A stretch of DNA of 64,000 nt from Trichodelitschia bisporula (taxonomy: Eukaryota): the NCBI GenBank assembly GCA_010356995.1, contig ML996701.1, forward strand, positions 1 through 64,000. The letters run 5' to 3'. The position numbers were made by a program, and so were the translations under genes. Positions 10,294 through 22,939 of this stretch are shown one piece after another (position 1 is the stretch's first letter; every line of letters starts with the position of its first letter). Below the pieces are notes generated by a model. The model did no database searches. It saw only the letters and a program-made list of their open reading frames with translations, and was not told where the DNA came from.

Positions 10294-11507
10294 AATTGAA
10301 GTTTCGGTTTTTCAATTTAGACGTCGGAAGCATGATAGATTAAATGCAGGTGTGGCTGTTACACCGCCACATCAATAGAGACACCGGTGTGACTCAGCCT
10401 CCCTCCACATCCCGACCTCTTAGCCTTGCAAGGATTCAGCGGCACATTGACAAAGACAGGACACTCAACAGATACTTTAGCTCATTCTGCATTGGTTTCG
10501 CTCTGGCTATCTTTAAACTCAATGCCACTGAACTTGGCCCTCGTATTGAGCATCTGGGCCGAGACGTTTTTATCTATTAACCTCTCGGCGGAGCTCCATC
10601 CCCGAGACAGACGGCAAGTCGCTCTCGAGGATATCCGCAAGGGCTTATCGGTACCCTCTGGCCAGTCACGAAGATGCCTTAATTGAGTAAGCGGGACCGA
10701 GACGTTACCCGGCTTCCTTTCCAACGAACTAATTCCGCAACGGTGTGCATTTTTCACAGCACCAATCCTCCCGTGCAACCTGCCTGCTCAATTCGACGGT
10801 GAGCAGGCACCAAACAGGTTTGCAGGTTCCCAAAGTGCATGGAAAGTAGTGCTGATACACCGTGGGACAGTAGATACACCTGAGGTTGACAAATTGACAC
10901 ATTTCGGTTGAAAATCGACTCTTAGATTCGTCGTCATCAAGAAGGGCAGCTGCGGCGTTATTTATAGACCATATTCAGTGACAAAGACCACTGAGTCTCA
11001 CTTTGGTGACGCGATTATCCGGTGAAGCAGGGCCGGTATTTTTCACAGTGAGTACGACACATACAGACCCAGAAGGAGGACTGGTTCATTAAGGTTGCCT
11101 ATGACTTAACTCTAGTCTGTCTCGGTGTAAACGCACAATGAGGAGCCGTAGGGCTATTGTGATAGGCCCGGCCCGACATCATCCAGCGGGGCGCAATACC
11201 GATTCGCCTGAAAGCCCCCATGCTCATCGAAACGACATATCCTCTCGGGGATGGAACAAGGCTGCCTAGGACATTCGTCAGGCGCTACCGTTCTTCCGGA
11301 AGCATCCATCTCGGTGGCCTAGCATACCTCAGCGACGGGAACGCCTCCAAGCTCCCTTGCTCGTTGAAACAGCAAATCGTCAGTGAGGATGGTGCAATGC
11401 TCGCCTAAAACTCTTGTCCGTCGCTAAAGTTCTCCTCCGAGCTTTCATCGCAGCGGAATGGCCTGCTCAACGGCGGCAACCGCCGGCCTCCCAGGGACTT
11501 ACCAGTC

Positions 11508-11678
11508 CTAAGAACCCCCGCAGCAGGGACAGGCCCATGCTGATATCGGGATTCGCTCGACAATGTCCGGGGTAAGCAGTACTTCATACTTCGTAATGCA
11601 CACCGGACGACCACAGGGAAGAACCCACATAAATTGCTGTGGGCAGGAGATGCAGCGAAGCTTAACCTCGCCGCACAT
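11508..11678 (-). CDS. Small Cys-rich protein (56 aa), putative zinc-binding
   Basis: MCGEVKLRCISC...PC...C...WACPCC; upstream TATAAA; paralogous frame conserved in the second duplication unit. Confidence 0.55.
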   Translation of the reverse strand: MCGEVKLRCISCPQQFMWVLPCGRPVCITKYEVLLTPDIVERIPISAWACPCCGGS

Positions 11679-12034
11679 TATGCATAGCACTCAACGGTAG
11701 GAAGTCGTTTGGGTTGTTGGGTTGTAAGGAAACGGGAAAAGGAATGGTATTCGCTAGTAGGAAGCGTTGTGGGGGTGTTGCGTTGTATGGAAATGGAAAA
11801 GGAATGGAAGAGTTGGCGAGCTTTATAGGTCGCACTCAGTGATGGGTTCCATTGACAGATAGGGAGTGAACGGTCTACCTGTTGAGTACATGAGTTCACG
11901 GCGAGGTACGACAAATCGTCAGTGAGGCTGGTGCTAGGGTCGCCTATAACTCCCGTCAGCTGCTAAAGTTCCTTGAAGCTCTCATCCAGGCGAAATGGCC
12001 TCTCCAGGGCGGAAGCCGCGGGCCCACCAGTAAC

Positions 12035-12217
12035 TTACCGGTTAGGAGTCCCCTTGCAGGTGGGAAAGTGCCAGTCTTCTAGCGAGATTCGATCGTAGAG
12101 CTCTGAGGTAGGACGTGTACGTCTGAGCCACCGACAGCCTAAGTGACTATCACGTGGGATGAAAAGCTCATACTGTTCTTCACAGCGGATGCAGAAAAGC
12201 CAAACCAAGTGGCATAT
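12035..12217 (-). pseudogene. Paralogue of the small Cys-rich protein with lost start codon (ATA)
   Basis: Reads ICHLVWLFCIRCEEQY...IPR...GC...RISLEDWHFPTCKG, aligning to copy 1; ATG>ATA and two Cys lost. Confidence 0.5.
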
Positions 12218-12924
12218 CGTGAGTGGTATTCGATGGTAGGAACCGTTGTGAGGTTATTGCGCTTGGATGGGAAACGGGAAAGGAAATGGAACAATTAGCG
12301 AGCCTTATAGGACGTATCCAGTGACGGGCGCCATTGACAGACAGCAAGTGAACGGTCCATCGACCATGTAAGTTCGCAGCCAGGTGAAGGTGAGTTGCTA
12401 CCGCCCTTTCACCGGAACAAGTATACCGAACAGACTCACAAATCCAGTTCGTCAAACGAGCTTATGAGTGAGTCCGTGGCCTCTCACGAAAGAGCCAGAA
12501 TTTGAACTTACAGGTACCATAGGAATTGCATTTCCCTCCGGAATATCTCCAAGCACAAAATGCATTATACATAGGTGTAAGGACATGCTGGAGACGCTGG
12601 ACGGTTGTGGCTGTGATGTCGAAGTGGATGGAGCCCGAGCAGGCCTTGGTAGTCGCGGCGATGACATGTCCGAAGCGGATCCAGCATAAGGCTTAGGTAC
12701 CTGAAGCCGCCAAGGGTGTGAGGGTTAAATTTTCTTGTTGAGGGGAGGTTCGCCTCTCTCCACTCCGGTCCAAAAGGGTGATGGTCCATTGAGGCGTAAC
12801 CGCTTCGTATCCGAGGACGCAAACCCAGCTTAACGACAGAAAAGCCCGAGCCAAAAAAAAATCGTATCCATCCACCCAGTCCTGCCTGAGCAGCCCCTGT
12901 GCAAGTCAAAATAGACAAAAGAAG

Positions 12925-13005
12925 CGACAGTGACAGGATTCGAACCTGTGAGGCCGAAGCCATATGATTTCTAGTCATACCCATTAACCACTCTGGCACA
13001 CTGCC
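12925..13005 (-). tRNA. tRNA-Ser (anticodon AGA), intronless
   Basis: GGCAGTG/CACTGTC acceptor stem, TATGA-CT-AGA-AA-TCATA anticodon arm, long variable arm, GGTTCGAATCC T loop, downstream T-runs. Confidence 0.95.
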
Positions 13006-13821
13006 TGGACTGTACTGCAAAGGGCGTTATGCTGTATACAGTGAGGACCTGAGCCGGACCATTATCGCCAAAAAGCCAAAGTCGCGCTGCGCCAACTCTG
13101 AAAGCGAGCATCGGAATCTCGCAAGGGCTTGTACGCGGACGAGCACCCATTGAACCCATTGAAGAGCCACTTCAACAGAGATCCTTCTGCATGGCTAGGA
13201 GACAAAGGACTCACGAACATCCCGCTTGTGCCATCTAAGCCATGTGCACATACGAGTCGGCGATGAGGCTGCGCGAAGACAATACGCCAAAGCGTTACCG
13301 TCACAGTCGAGGAGCGGTCATTCCTCCACCTTCTCATATTGCCCCGACGGTCCTCGCAATGCTTTAAAAACATGCGGCATCGGTTTGCCGACGGTTATCA
13401 AAACTGGACAGTAGGTTGAACAGGGCGGACATCGCATGACCGCATCGCATAATGCCTTCCCATAACGTATTCCATCGTTGTCCGAAGTCATAGATTGTTG
13501 CAGCTCTCAGATAACATAACCGACTCCGAGCGCCGCCATCCATGCCTCCATTTGTGCCATATCTGCAGATCTTACTCATGCTATGTCGTGAAACCTGTGC
13601 TCGTTAGTGATGTCCAGCTAGCTCACAGGACAACCGCGCCCATCAGTGCTCTCTTTGGTCGTCATAGCCAGAGGATACCTCCGCTCAGACCCCGTGCCGG
13701 GCTTCGGACGGAAACCACAGCACACGAGGCTTGAATTCATCCTTTGGGTGTGGCAGGAAGTAAAGTAAAAAATAGACTTACCACGTATCATGTACCGTCA
13801 ACCACCGTCAACATTCTCAAT

Positions 13822-15464
13822 CTAGCGCTTCTTCGTCCGCGCCGATCCGCTGACAAGCTGCTTCTTGACGTGCTTCGGTATCTTAACCTTACGCTTCTCG
13901 CGCTTCTCCTCCTTGACCGCATGCTTGTGCGCCTAGCCGGTCAGTACCCCGCAGACAAACCTGGCGACAAAGTCAGACTAACCTTCTTCTCCTCCTTGTC
14001 GATGAAGCGCTTCCCCCGCGGCGGCCCATCCTCGCGCTCCTCCCACTCCTCGCTGCCACTCTCGTCACTATCCGTCTCCTCCTCCTCTTTCTCGTCCCCT
14101 CCCACCGCCAGCAGGTCCTGATACACCAAACCCCCAGCGCTGGCCTCAAGCGTGTCGCGCTCAATGTCGTACACCTGCTCCAGATTCTGTGGAATGTACT
14201 GCTGGCGGAAGACCTCATCCTCGACCGAAGCCCGCTCAGCACCAGCCTCATCCAGCGCCGCGCGCTCCGCCAGCAACCCCTCCAGCTTCGCGAGCATATC
14301 CGGCTCCGACGCTGAACCCTCCCCGGTGATGAATGCGTACACCTCGCGCTCCGAAAGCACGTCGACACCCTTGCGGCGGAAGAAGTCGGTCACGTTCTTG
14401 ATGTCCATGCGCAAAAACTCCAGGCTCTTCGGATGGTCGTGCTCAACGCTCTGGCTCACATCGATGATGTACACCTTATCCTTCCAGTACATCATGTTGT
14501 ACTCGCTCAGATCGCCATGAACCAGCTGGCACACCTGGTGCATACGCCGCATCCACCCCAGCGCCGACAGGTACACGCCGCGCCACCGGCTGTCGTCCTC
14601 GAACACGACATCCTTCAAGCGCGGCGCCGGGTAGCCCTTCTTATCACCGAGGAAGGACATGACGAGTACGTGCAGGCGAAGGTACAGCGGCTCGGGGCAT
14701 GGGATTCCAGCGCCGTGGAGCCTCTTCAAATTGCGCATCTCCTTGTCCGCCCACACCTTGACCATCGCGCGGTTCGAGCGCTTGTTGTAGCCGTGGCGAA
14801 AGCGGTGCTCGCCGATGATGTACTTCGAGCGGTCCTTGAACTCGAGAATGGCCGTCTTGTACACTTTGATGGCGCGGTGCAGCGGCGGATGATCCATGTC
14901 ATCGTCCGGCAGCGTTACAGCGTGGTAAACATTCGCCTCTTTACCGGTCGAGATGCACCCGTTGATCTCGCTCACAACCCCACGGTTGATCATCTGCAGC
15001 AACAGCATACGCGTCCGCGGATCCAGCACCTGCTCGCTCGTGGCGCGGTCGCTCTTGTCCTTGTCCCGAGTGCGATCAGAGGACGGGCCGGACTCATAAA
15101 TCTTGATCTTCCCGGCATGTTTTGCGAGCGACGCGATCTGGTCGTCCAGTGCGGCCGTTGTGTTCGCCGAAGGCTTCTGCGGGTTCGTACGCGGCTTGTA
15201 CTCGTCCGGCACACTGGGGTCGGCGAGGCGCCGCGCGCGATTGTATGCTTTGGTCAGGTCATTCGGGTCGCCGGTGAAGTCTTCCTCATCGGGATCATCA
15301 AAGAGGTCATCGTAGTCGGTGTTGGAGTCACTGGTATCGTCGTGGGAGTCATGGGTCTTGTTGTTGCGCGGCACGGTTTGAACGTTGTCGGTCTCGGCAA
15401 AGTGCACGGACTTGTCGATGAAGGCGGGCGCAGCAGCAGCGGCGATTTGCGCTGGGTGCGGCAT
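13822..15464 (-). CDS. RIO1: RIO1 atypical serine/threonine kinase
   Basis: DKSDRATSEQVLDPRT, ISTGKEANVYHA, LVHGDLSEYN, IIDVSQSVEHDHP; intron 13933-13982 leads to a K-rich tail (KIPKHVKK). Confidence 0.96.
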
Positions 15465-15991
15465 CGTGATCTTGGGGGGAGGCTTTCGAAGTTGCTCGCA
15501 GAAGAGTTACAGCTTGGTGGTTTGATTGTCTGGCAGGGGTGGCAGGTGAAGCGGACGCAGAAAAAATACCCCGCAGGGTTTGCCCCACCGGAGGTGCCAA
15601 GGGTGCTTGGTGACGATGTGACGCACGCGGCGATGATTCATGCGATGACAGCAATGACAAACAAGGCCATGGCAAGCCAGCACATAGAAAGGCGAACGGA
15701 TTGTCAAGTAGTAAAATATAGGAGCAATGCAGAGCCCATTTCCGCAGAGTCAGCCCCAAACTCCAGCCCATGGCCGAAGACACTACCACGGTACAACAGT
15801 ACTCCTGTGGCAAGCTTGACCGAGCCAGCCTCGTCCTCAGCCGACGCCAGTCAGAAACCCTCAATCACTGAGATCGTGTCCCATTCGCTCTTCACGCCTA
15901 CACATAACACTCCCTCCATTACCCTTCCATAATCCTCCTCATTCACCGGCTTCACATCCTACCACTCACTCACTCAGATTTCGACTCCCCC

Positions 15992-17533
15992 TCATCTCTC
16001 TCCCCTTTTCACCCCACCCAGCCGCTTGACCGCACCCTCCAAGGCTGCTGCCCCAATCTCAGGACAGTCCCCTTCCTCCAGCGCTACCGTATACGCCGGA
16101 GGCGGCCGCGTCAGTCCCGGCCAAAGGTCGCTCGGAATGTACTCGGCCTGCGCGGCGCGAAACTTCTCGCGCTCCTTGAGGTCCGCTGCAAGATTTAGCA
16201 AAAAGTGAGCTGCGAAATGAATAGAACCCACCTTGGTATAGCCGCTCGATCTGCACCGACGCCGCATGCACGACCTTCTCCATCTCGCGCTTCACCAGTA
16301 GCCGCCGGTGCGCCTCCACAAGCAGTCCGTCATAGGCTCCGGCAAAGCCGCTGTAAAACTCGCGCAGACCCTCCACCTCGTCCATCTTCGCACGTAGCAC
16401 GCCCTTCTCCTCCTCCCACGCACCCTGAAAGTCGAGACACGCAGCAATGTACGCCGGCGTTGCTGTCGCCACCTGTTTCACCAGTCGCAGCGCCGTCTGC
16501 AGCTCGCCGTTCCTGTCGTGCAGCCCGTCGATGAATGCCCGGATCTGAGCCAGCTGCTCCTCCATCTCTGCCAGACGGTCCCGGATCTCCGCAACCACGT
16601 CGTCCACCTCCGCTGCATCCTTGACGAGCACGGCGAGCATCCCCGCGCGCTCCTCGTCGCTGATGCTCGGCGGCACCGTATCGTCAACTCTCAAATCCAC
16701 TCCTAGACCCGCCAGCGCTGAAGCCTGCTGATCATCCGCCGACGCACGCGTCATCGCATCACCGCCGCCCTCCGTGTGCTTCAGCGCCGACACGCACAGG
16801 TCGTAGTGCTTGACCAGGCCCTCCAAGTGCGATGCCGTCTCCGTGGCGTGTGTCTCCAACGCGTAGAACAACGCCGGTACCACGCTACCCTCTGTGTACA
16901 CCTCACCCTTATCGCGCACCGCACCTCTCAGCACCACCTGCACGCGCTCCAGATCATCGTCAAACGCCTGCGCCGTGACGGTCAGTGCCGAGCGCGCGCC
17001 GTCAAAGCGGTCCATGCTGGCTTTGATCGACGCGTACAGCTCGTGCACCCCCGACTCGTCGACAAAGTCAAACAGATGTTTTGGTGGCTCGGTCCACGGC
17101 CGTAGCGCCGGCTCGACGGCGGTCTCACGAAGAACGTCCAGGGTGCTGTTGAGCCGGGTCGACGCAGCGTCTAGTGCATCGACCATAGTCTGGCCGTCAG
17201 TATCATCTTATCTCGCAAGGATCGACCCACCTTAAAGCCCTCGGCGCCCTCGCCGTCCACCAGCGCCAACCCATGGCGGATGCCCTCAAGCTTCGCGACC
17301 TGACGGCCGAGGGCGTGGCGCAGAAAGGTTATCTTCGCTGCAAGTACGGCATTCTCCTCGAGCGCAGCACGCGCAGATTCCACAATCTCCCGTGCGTGCC
17401 AGACGTGTGAGATGGATGAGAGGGAGCGCTTCGACACGAGGTAATACTCGACAAGCTGGTCGAGCGACGGCGGACCGTCATTTAGGCTGCCGGCGGATGA
17501 AGCCGGCGAGGCAGGGGCCGAAGGGGGAGCCAT
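15992..17533 (-). CDS. ATG17: Autophagy protein Atg17
   Basis: SKRSLSSI..VWHAREIV, LFDFVDESGV, LVKHYDLCVSALKHTEGG, AYDGLLVE, EYIPSDLWPG; introns 17190-17230 and 16186-16231. Confidence 0.9.
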
Positions 17534-18200
17534 GGTGTGTGAGCGCAGGGAGGCTCTGGGACATGTTTGATGTGAGGCTGGATGACGATGGTGATCTCGT
17601 TGAAGCTCCGTTTGCGCCCGCGAGGCTCCGTTTCCAGGGTCCTCCATCGGCGCCAGCCGGGATGGGTCATTGTTGATCCGCACGCTTGGCGCCCAAACGA
17701 TTATCGAGACACTGCGACTCCGCTGTCAACCCTCCCAATCACTCCGCAATCACTACAGGTACAGGCGTTTTAACCTTTGCTCTCGCCAGCTTTTTCTATA
17801 AGTGCTCCACTATAGCCTCATTATGGTGCCGGAATGAACACGGTGCGCCGGCGTCCTACGCTGTGGACGCAATGTAGGCAGTGATGGATGCGGGCGTGGT
17901 TCAGTTCACCCCACTCCATCTTGAAGTATACGTCCCAACTATGATCGGCCGGCTTCAACGTCGCTGCAAAAATCGCTGCCATAGCCGCCATTTTCGTTCG
18001 CTTGACCACACATTGTCATTCTAAAGAAACCAAAACCACTACTCCATCCTCGATTCCATCTTCCACCGATAAAACCCTCCGGTGTAATAAATCATCATCG
18101 TACCTGAAGCAAGCGTTATCAGCGACCACGTGAGTCTCCGCAAGCAGCCCTTACGGCCCGCTTACCACAAGCGCAAGGCACATCCTCCATCAGTGTCACA

Positions 18201-18671
18201 TTGACTCTTGCGATGATTCGCTTCAGGATACTTGCCATTCTGATCGGCACGGTCCTTGCCTTTATCCGGACACACCTGTACGGCGTCTCCATGCCGACGC
18301 TCGCCCACGTACTGGAAGCCACCAAGTTGTTCATGCTCCCAATCACAGTCGCCTACTGCTGCTTTGAAGCCAAAAACTCGAAGCAGCAAAGTGACCGGAC
18401 CATGCGCCGCGCCGGACTGGACCCGACCTGCGAGATATGCTTGGATATCTTCCGCCTGCTACAAGTACGCGCGACCATACTCGCCCGGAAAGACCACATG
18501 CGACGAGCTATGGAGACCAGGGCCAAGGTCGCCCGCATTGATTGGATGAGGATGGCGAATTCGGGAACTTATCTTCGCCGGAGCATCAACGAGCATTGGC
18601 GCCTGGGAGAGCATGAGGTTGCTGACGTACCCGCTGCCCTATATAGCATGAATTTGCTCTTCCGCCACTAG
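18201..18671 (+). CDS. Hypothetical protein with hydrophobic N-terminal segments
   Basis: 156-aa ORF with two hydrophobic stretches and a CEIC motif; no family recognised. Confidence 0.3.
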   Translation: MTLAMIRFRILAILIGTVLAFIRTHLYGVSMPTLAHVLEATKLFMLPITVAYCCFEAKNSKQQSDRTMRRAGLDPTCEICLDIFRLLQVRATILARKDHMRRAMETRAKVARIDWMRMANSGTYLRRSINEHWRLGEHEVADVPAALYSMNLLFRH

Positions 18672-20159
18672 TCAGATCTTCCGTCATCAATCGTCCGCCG
18701 AATTTTGTTCTGTTGTGAGTTGAGGTCGCGGTTGACAAGCCGCAAACGACCTTGCCCGTGGTCCGCTGTGTGCCTGCCAACACCGTCCTCGTCCCTGTAT
18801 ATCGCCAGTTTTCATCAAAATTCGTCATCAACCTTTGAGTCGCACTTTATTCTCTTTCTCTATAGCTGCGTCGTAGCAGACCCGCGGCCTCAGATTTTTA
18901 CTTAAGCACCCCCATTCCCTCCGCAAAAGCTCAGAGCTATGATGATGGTATCCGACATCTGTCCTGCGGTGGTATATTCTTGCAGTATCCAGACCAGATC
19001 TCGGACTGACTTCGTCGGTGCGTCTCCGACCGCAAGGAGTCGCAAGCTTCAAGTCCCAACCCGGACACCTAAACCTCGCCCTGACACATAAAATAGACAC
19101 TCGCTCCACATTGCATCTAACTCGCCCCCCGTATGCCAAAATCCGTTGGAAGCCCGCACGCGGAGGCTCAGGCACAGGCACAATCGCAAGAGCAACTCTA
19201 GCAGTCGACTATGCCCGCACATGCCCAGTCGCAAACACAAACACGTCAGACGAACACAGTCACGACTTTGCAACAAAGAGCAATGCCGACACAAGGCCAG
19301 GCGGAAGCGGCGGCGTTTGCGCACAGAGCAGCGCACGTCCGAGGAGGAGTTGGTTTGTTTTTCTGTTCGCCGGTTTGAGAGACAAGTGCTAAGTGTTTTG
19401 CGCATATGCAGATACTCATCCTGTTCAGTTATATATGGCCTCACCGCAAACACGTCGTTTACGGTTCCAGAGACCGAAAGCTCGACGACTGTTCCTGGCC
19501 CATTTCAAATGGTCTACGCGCAGTTGACTCCATTTTACGTCTTAAATTCCTAGCATCTTCCCACACCGCACATCAGCACCTCCATCCCCTCCCACCACAT
19601 TCGCTATACACAGCATCCACAGGTCAGCAGTGATTAAACAGTGTCTTCGAGGTTCTCTCGACCCTTTGAATCAGACCACGTGCCGACAGTAACGCCGATG
19701 ATGATACTCTATACCTGGGCTTTCATCAATTGTCAGCTGGGATATAATTGCTGTAAATATGTCAACTTGCTACTCCATTTGCCATGCATTTTGAAGAACG
19801 GGTGATTTTCATGCTTCTTCTCCAAATTCATTGTCAGCATGCTTCCCTCAGCCGACTAGGCTTGCATCGCCCGCTAAGCGTTCATCAAGAGTCCAAAGTC
19901 TTACAATTATCCAGGACTGCAAAATTATCCAGTGCAAGCCTCTGAAAGCAAGGGCCTTGCCGGATCACCAACGCTACGGGTGAGTGAAAAAGTCACCGCC
20001 ATTATGCTCTGCAAACAGATCCCGATCTCGAGCAGCGACTTACCCAACGTACCCCACACATAAGGCTGCGGGGTTGAGGCCCCACCCGCAGATAAGCTCG
20101 AAGCTATTCCAACCTCACCCCACCTCCCACACCCATTACCATCCCATCCCCCAGCAACA

Positions 20160-21754
20160 ATGGCATCCACTACCTCCGCGCCCGCTGCCCACGCCGCACC
20201 CACCACCTTCGCCGACCCAACACCAGATCCCATCCCCACCGTGCCGCTCCCGGTCCCCAAGCCCAGCGCGCCCTACTGGCTCTCCGAACCGGATGCATTC
20301 CTCGAGAATCACCGCACGACGCCCGAACTGCCGGCTTATGCGGACGTGGTGGTTGTGGGGAGTGGGTTGACGGGGGCGAATGCGGCACGATATCTGGGTG
20401 AGGAAGGGAAAGGATTGAGGGTTGTTATGCTTGAGGCGAGAGAGGCGTGTTCGGGGGCGACGGGGAGGGTGAGTACATCTCTTTCGCTTTTTTACGGTGG
20501 CACCAAGAGAATTGAACAGCATCATAAACTCTTAGCCTAAAATACATCCTCCCCATACTTGTTCCCCTTCCTCCTACTCTGCTGACTCTGCAGAACGGCG
20601 GCCACCTCCAACCCCTCCTCCTCGAACGCCCTCCCTCAGTCGCCCACTTCGAACTCCGCAACTGCACCACCCTCGGCACCCTAATAACTTCCCATTCCAT
20701 CCCCTGTGCCTACCAACCCCGCCCCAGCATAAGAACCTACTGGCAACCCCCCGCCTTCGCCGCCGCAACTGCCGAGCTAGCCGAGCTCCGCACAAAGGAC
20801 CCGGACCTCGCCGGACGAATGCAGGCTCTCACATCTCCCGAGGATCTAGCTGCCTGGGCCGTGAAGCCGGAGTGCGTGGGCGCGATACGCACAGAGGGCG
20901 CCGCAGCCGTATGGCCGTATAAACTCATCGCCTGGATGTTACGCCGGGAAATCGAGGTGGGGCGGCTAAACCTCCAAACCAGCACACCAGTCACATCCCT
21001 CGCACCCTATTCCGGCGACAAGCCCGGCGCGCGCTGGAGCCTATCAACACCCCGTGGCGCAATTACCGCACGACACGTCCTCCTCGCGACAAATGCTTGG
21101 ACCGCTCATCTCCTCCCTCAATTCGCCGGCCTCATCGTGCCCGTCCGCGAAACCATGAGTGCGCTTATCCCACCCCCGGCCATGCCCCCCCTGAATGGCA
21201 CGTACGGGTTCGTCGGCCTAGGACCCGCAGTCGGCTTCGCAGATGACTATCTCGTGCAACTCCCTCCACAGGACAATGGGTTGCTCATGTTCGGTGGCGG
21301 GCGCGGGGCGGGGGTCGAGGGGAGTGTAGGCGAGGCGGATGACGCTGTTGTCGATGCTGGGTGTGTTGATTACCTGAGAAGGAGTTTGGGGGAAGCGCTT
21401 GCGCTGGGCGTGGAAGGGGATCTCGAGGCCAAGAGCGCGTGGAGTGGGATTTGGGCTGCGAGTCGGGATGGGCGGCCGTGGGTTGGCGGTGTGCCAAGAC
21501 AGGACGGGGTATGGCTTGCGGGGGCGTACTCGGGGCATGGGATGCCAAATGGCGCGCTGTGCGCCCGGGCAGTTGTGCGGATGATACTCGGCTCCGAAGC
21601 CGGTGAAGAACCGGACTCGGTGGTGGAGGGACTGGTGTCGCGGGGCGACTTGCCAGAGAGCTACGTCCTCACGCCGGAGCGCATGGAAGCCGCGCAGCGC
21701 GTGGACAGTGTGTGGATTCAAGGGGTCAAAGGCCCGGTGCGGCTTAAAGAGTAA
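20160..21754 (+). CDS. FAD-dependent oxidoreductase (DAO family)
   Basis: DVVVVGSGLTG, LEAREACSGATGRNGGH, VLLATNAW, WSGIW, AGAYSGHGMP; intron 20469-20593. Confidence 0.92.
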
Positions 21755-21789
21755 ATGATATATCCATTCCTCGACGGCCAGCGTCAACC

Positions 21790-22229
21790 CTACGCCGTAC
21801 CCAAGCACCCCACGAATTTATTCCCACTCGCGCCGCTGTGCGTGATTTCCCCGCCCACGCCGCACGCTGCATTCACCACGACGCGATCTGGGCCTGGCGA
21901 ACCTGGTCCAGTCTATTAGCCTCTGTTCCCGAGCGCGGACCCGCATGCTTACCGCCGGTGTACACTTTCCCGCCCTTTAGGAGAGGGAACTCGTAATACG
22001 GCCCGGCGACGGCGAAGGTGAAGCCTTCTTCGTCGCGGTATACGTGCGGATATGTGCTGCTTCCTGCTGTGTCGCCGGTTTGGACGTAGTTGCATGCTGC
22101 CTGTGCTGCGGCGGCGATTTGGGTTGATGTGTAGGAGCTCTTGCCGCAGGTGATATCGGCGCGCTCCGTGAGGGAAGTGGGGAGCGCGAAAGCCGACAAG
22201 GCAACGGATAGAACGGCGAGGAACAACAT
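21790..22229 (-). CDS. Secreted guanyl-specific ribonuclease (RNase T1/N1 family)
   Basis: Signal peptide, [33 protein letters not shown]; intron 21903-21952. Confidence 0.95.
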
Positions 22230-22939
22230 GGCGACCAGAAACGAGAGAATGGAGCGAGTGAATGTGCCTGAGCTTTCGTGGTCTAGACACTCATATGCCA
22301 GCCGAATATATACTATATCCATCGCCACACCCAACATGGGTATCTCACGATCACCGCCCCATCTCCCTGCGGGGGCCAATCAGCCTTGCCCAGTCGCACG
22401 CCCCCTTGCCGTCCCGCAACAGCCGCATCCGTGGGGAGCGGGAACTAGCTGCATGGGGAAGGTTACAGTACGTGCATTGTTTAAGGTGTGTTCACGTTGC
22501 GGGTTGGTGGGTGCTGGTTGGGATGGGTGGTGGGGTTTTGCGGGGGATTGGGGCGGGAGATGGGTCTGCTGTGCGGAGGGGGAGACGTGCACGTGCGGTG
22601 TGATTGGTGAGGCGGGCACGAATTAGACATGTCGAGAGATCTTGCATGACAGGATCTGAAAACGGTATTGCCTCTTCGAGCGTTACGGCCGATGGAAATC
22701 ATTCTCGCGAAGCGCAATTGGTTCGGCCGTGGCCGAAACATCACAGCGACTTCACAAAATCCCGATGCAACAAGCTCAACACAATTACGACTACATTCTT
22801 CGCCAACTAGATACTACATTCTCCACCACTAAATACTACATTCTTCGCCGAAATACACATTAATCCGCCTAGCACGGCTCCAAGAAGCCAGTTCGCCTGA
22901 ACCTACACCTCACCCCCACAAATATCCTTCTCCACCGAC

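Larger units (their letters stand above)
11373..12390. repeat. Diverged tandem duplication, ~540-bp unit
   Basis: caaatcgtcagtgagg at 11373 and 11912; shared ctaaagttc, aatggcct, acttacc, ggaaacgggaaa, ttatagg, ccattgacaga, agtgaacggtc in the same order. Confidence 0.85.

Noticed and set aside
14433..15932. 499-aa plus-strand ORF
   Set aside because: Antisense shadow of GC-rich RIO1; no recognisable protein features.
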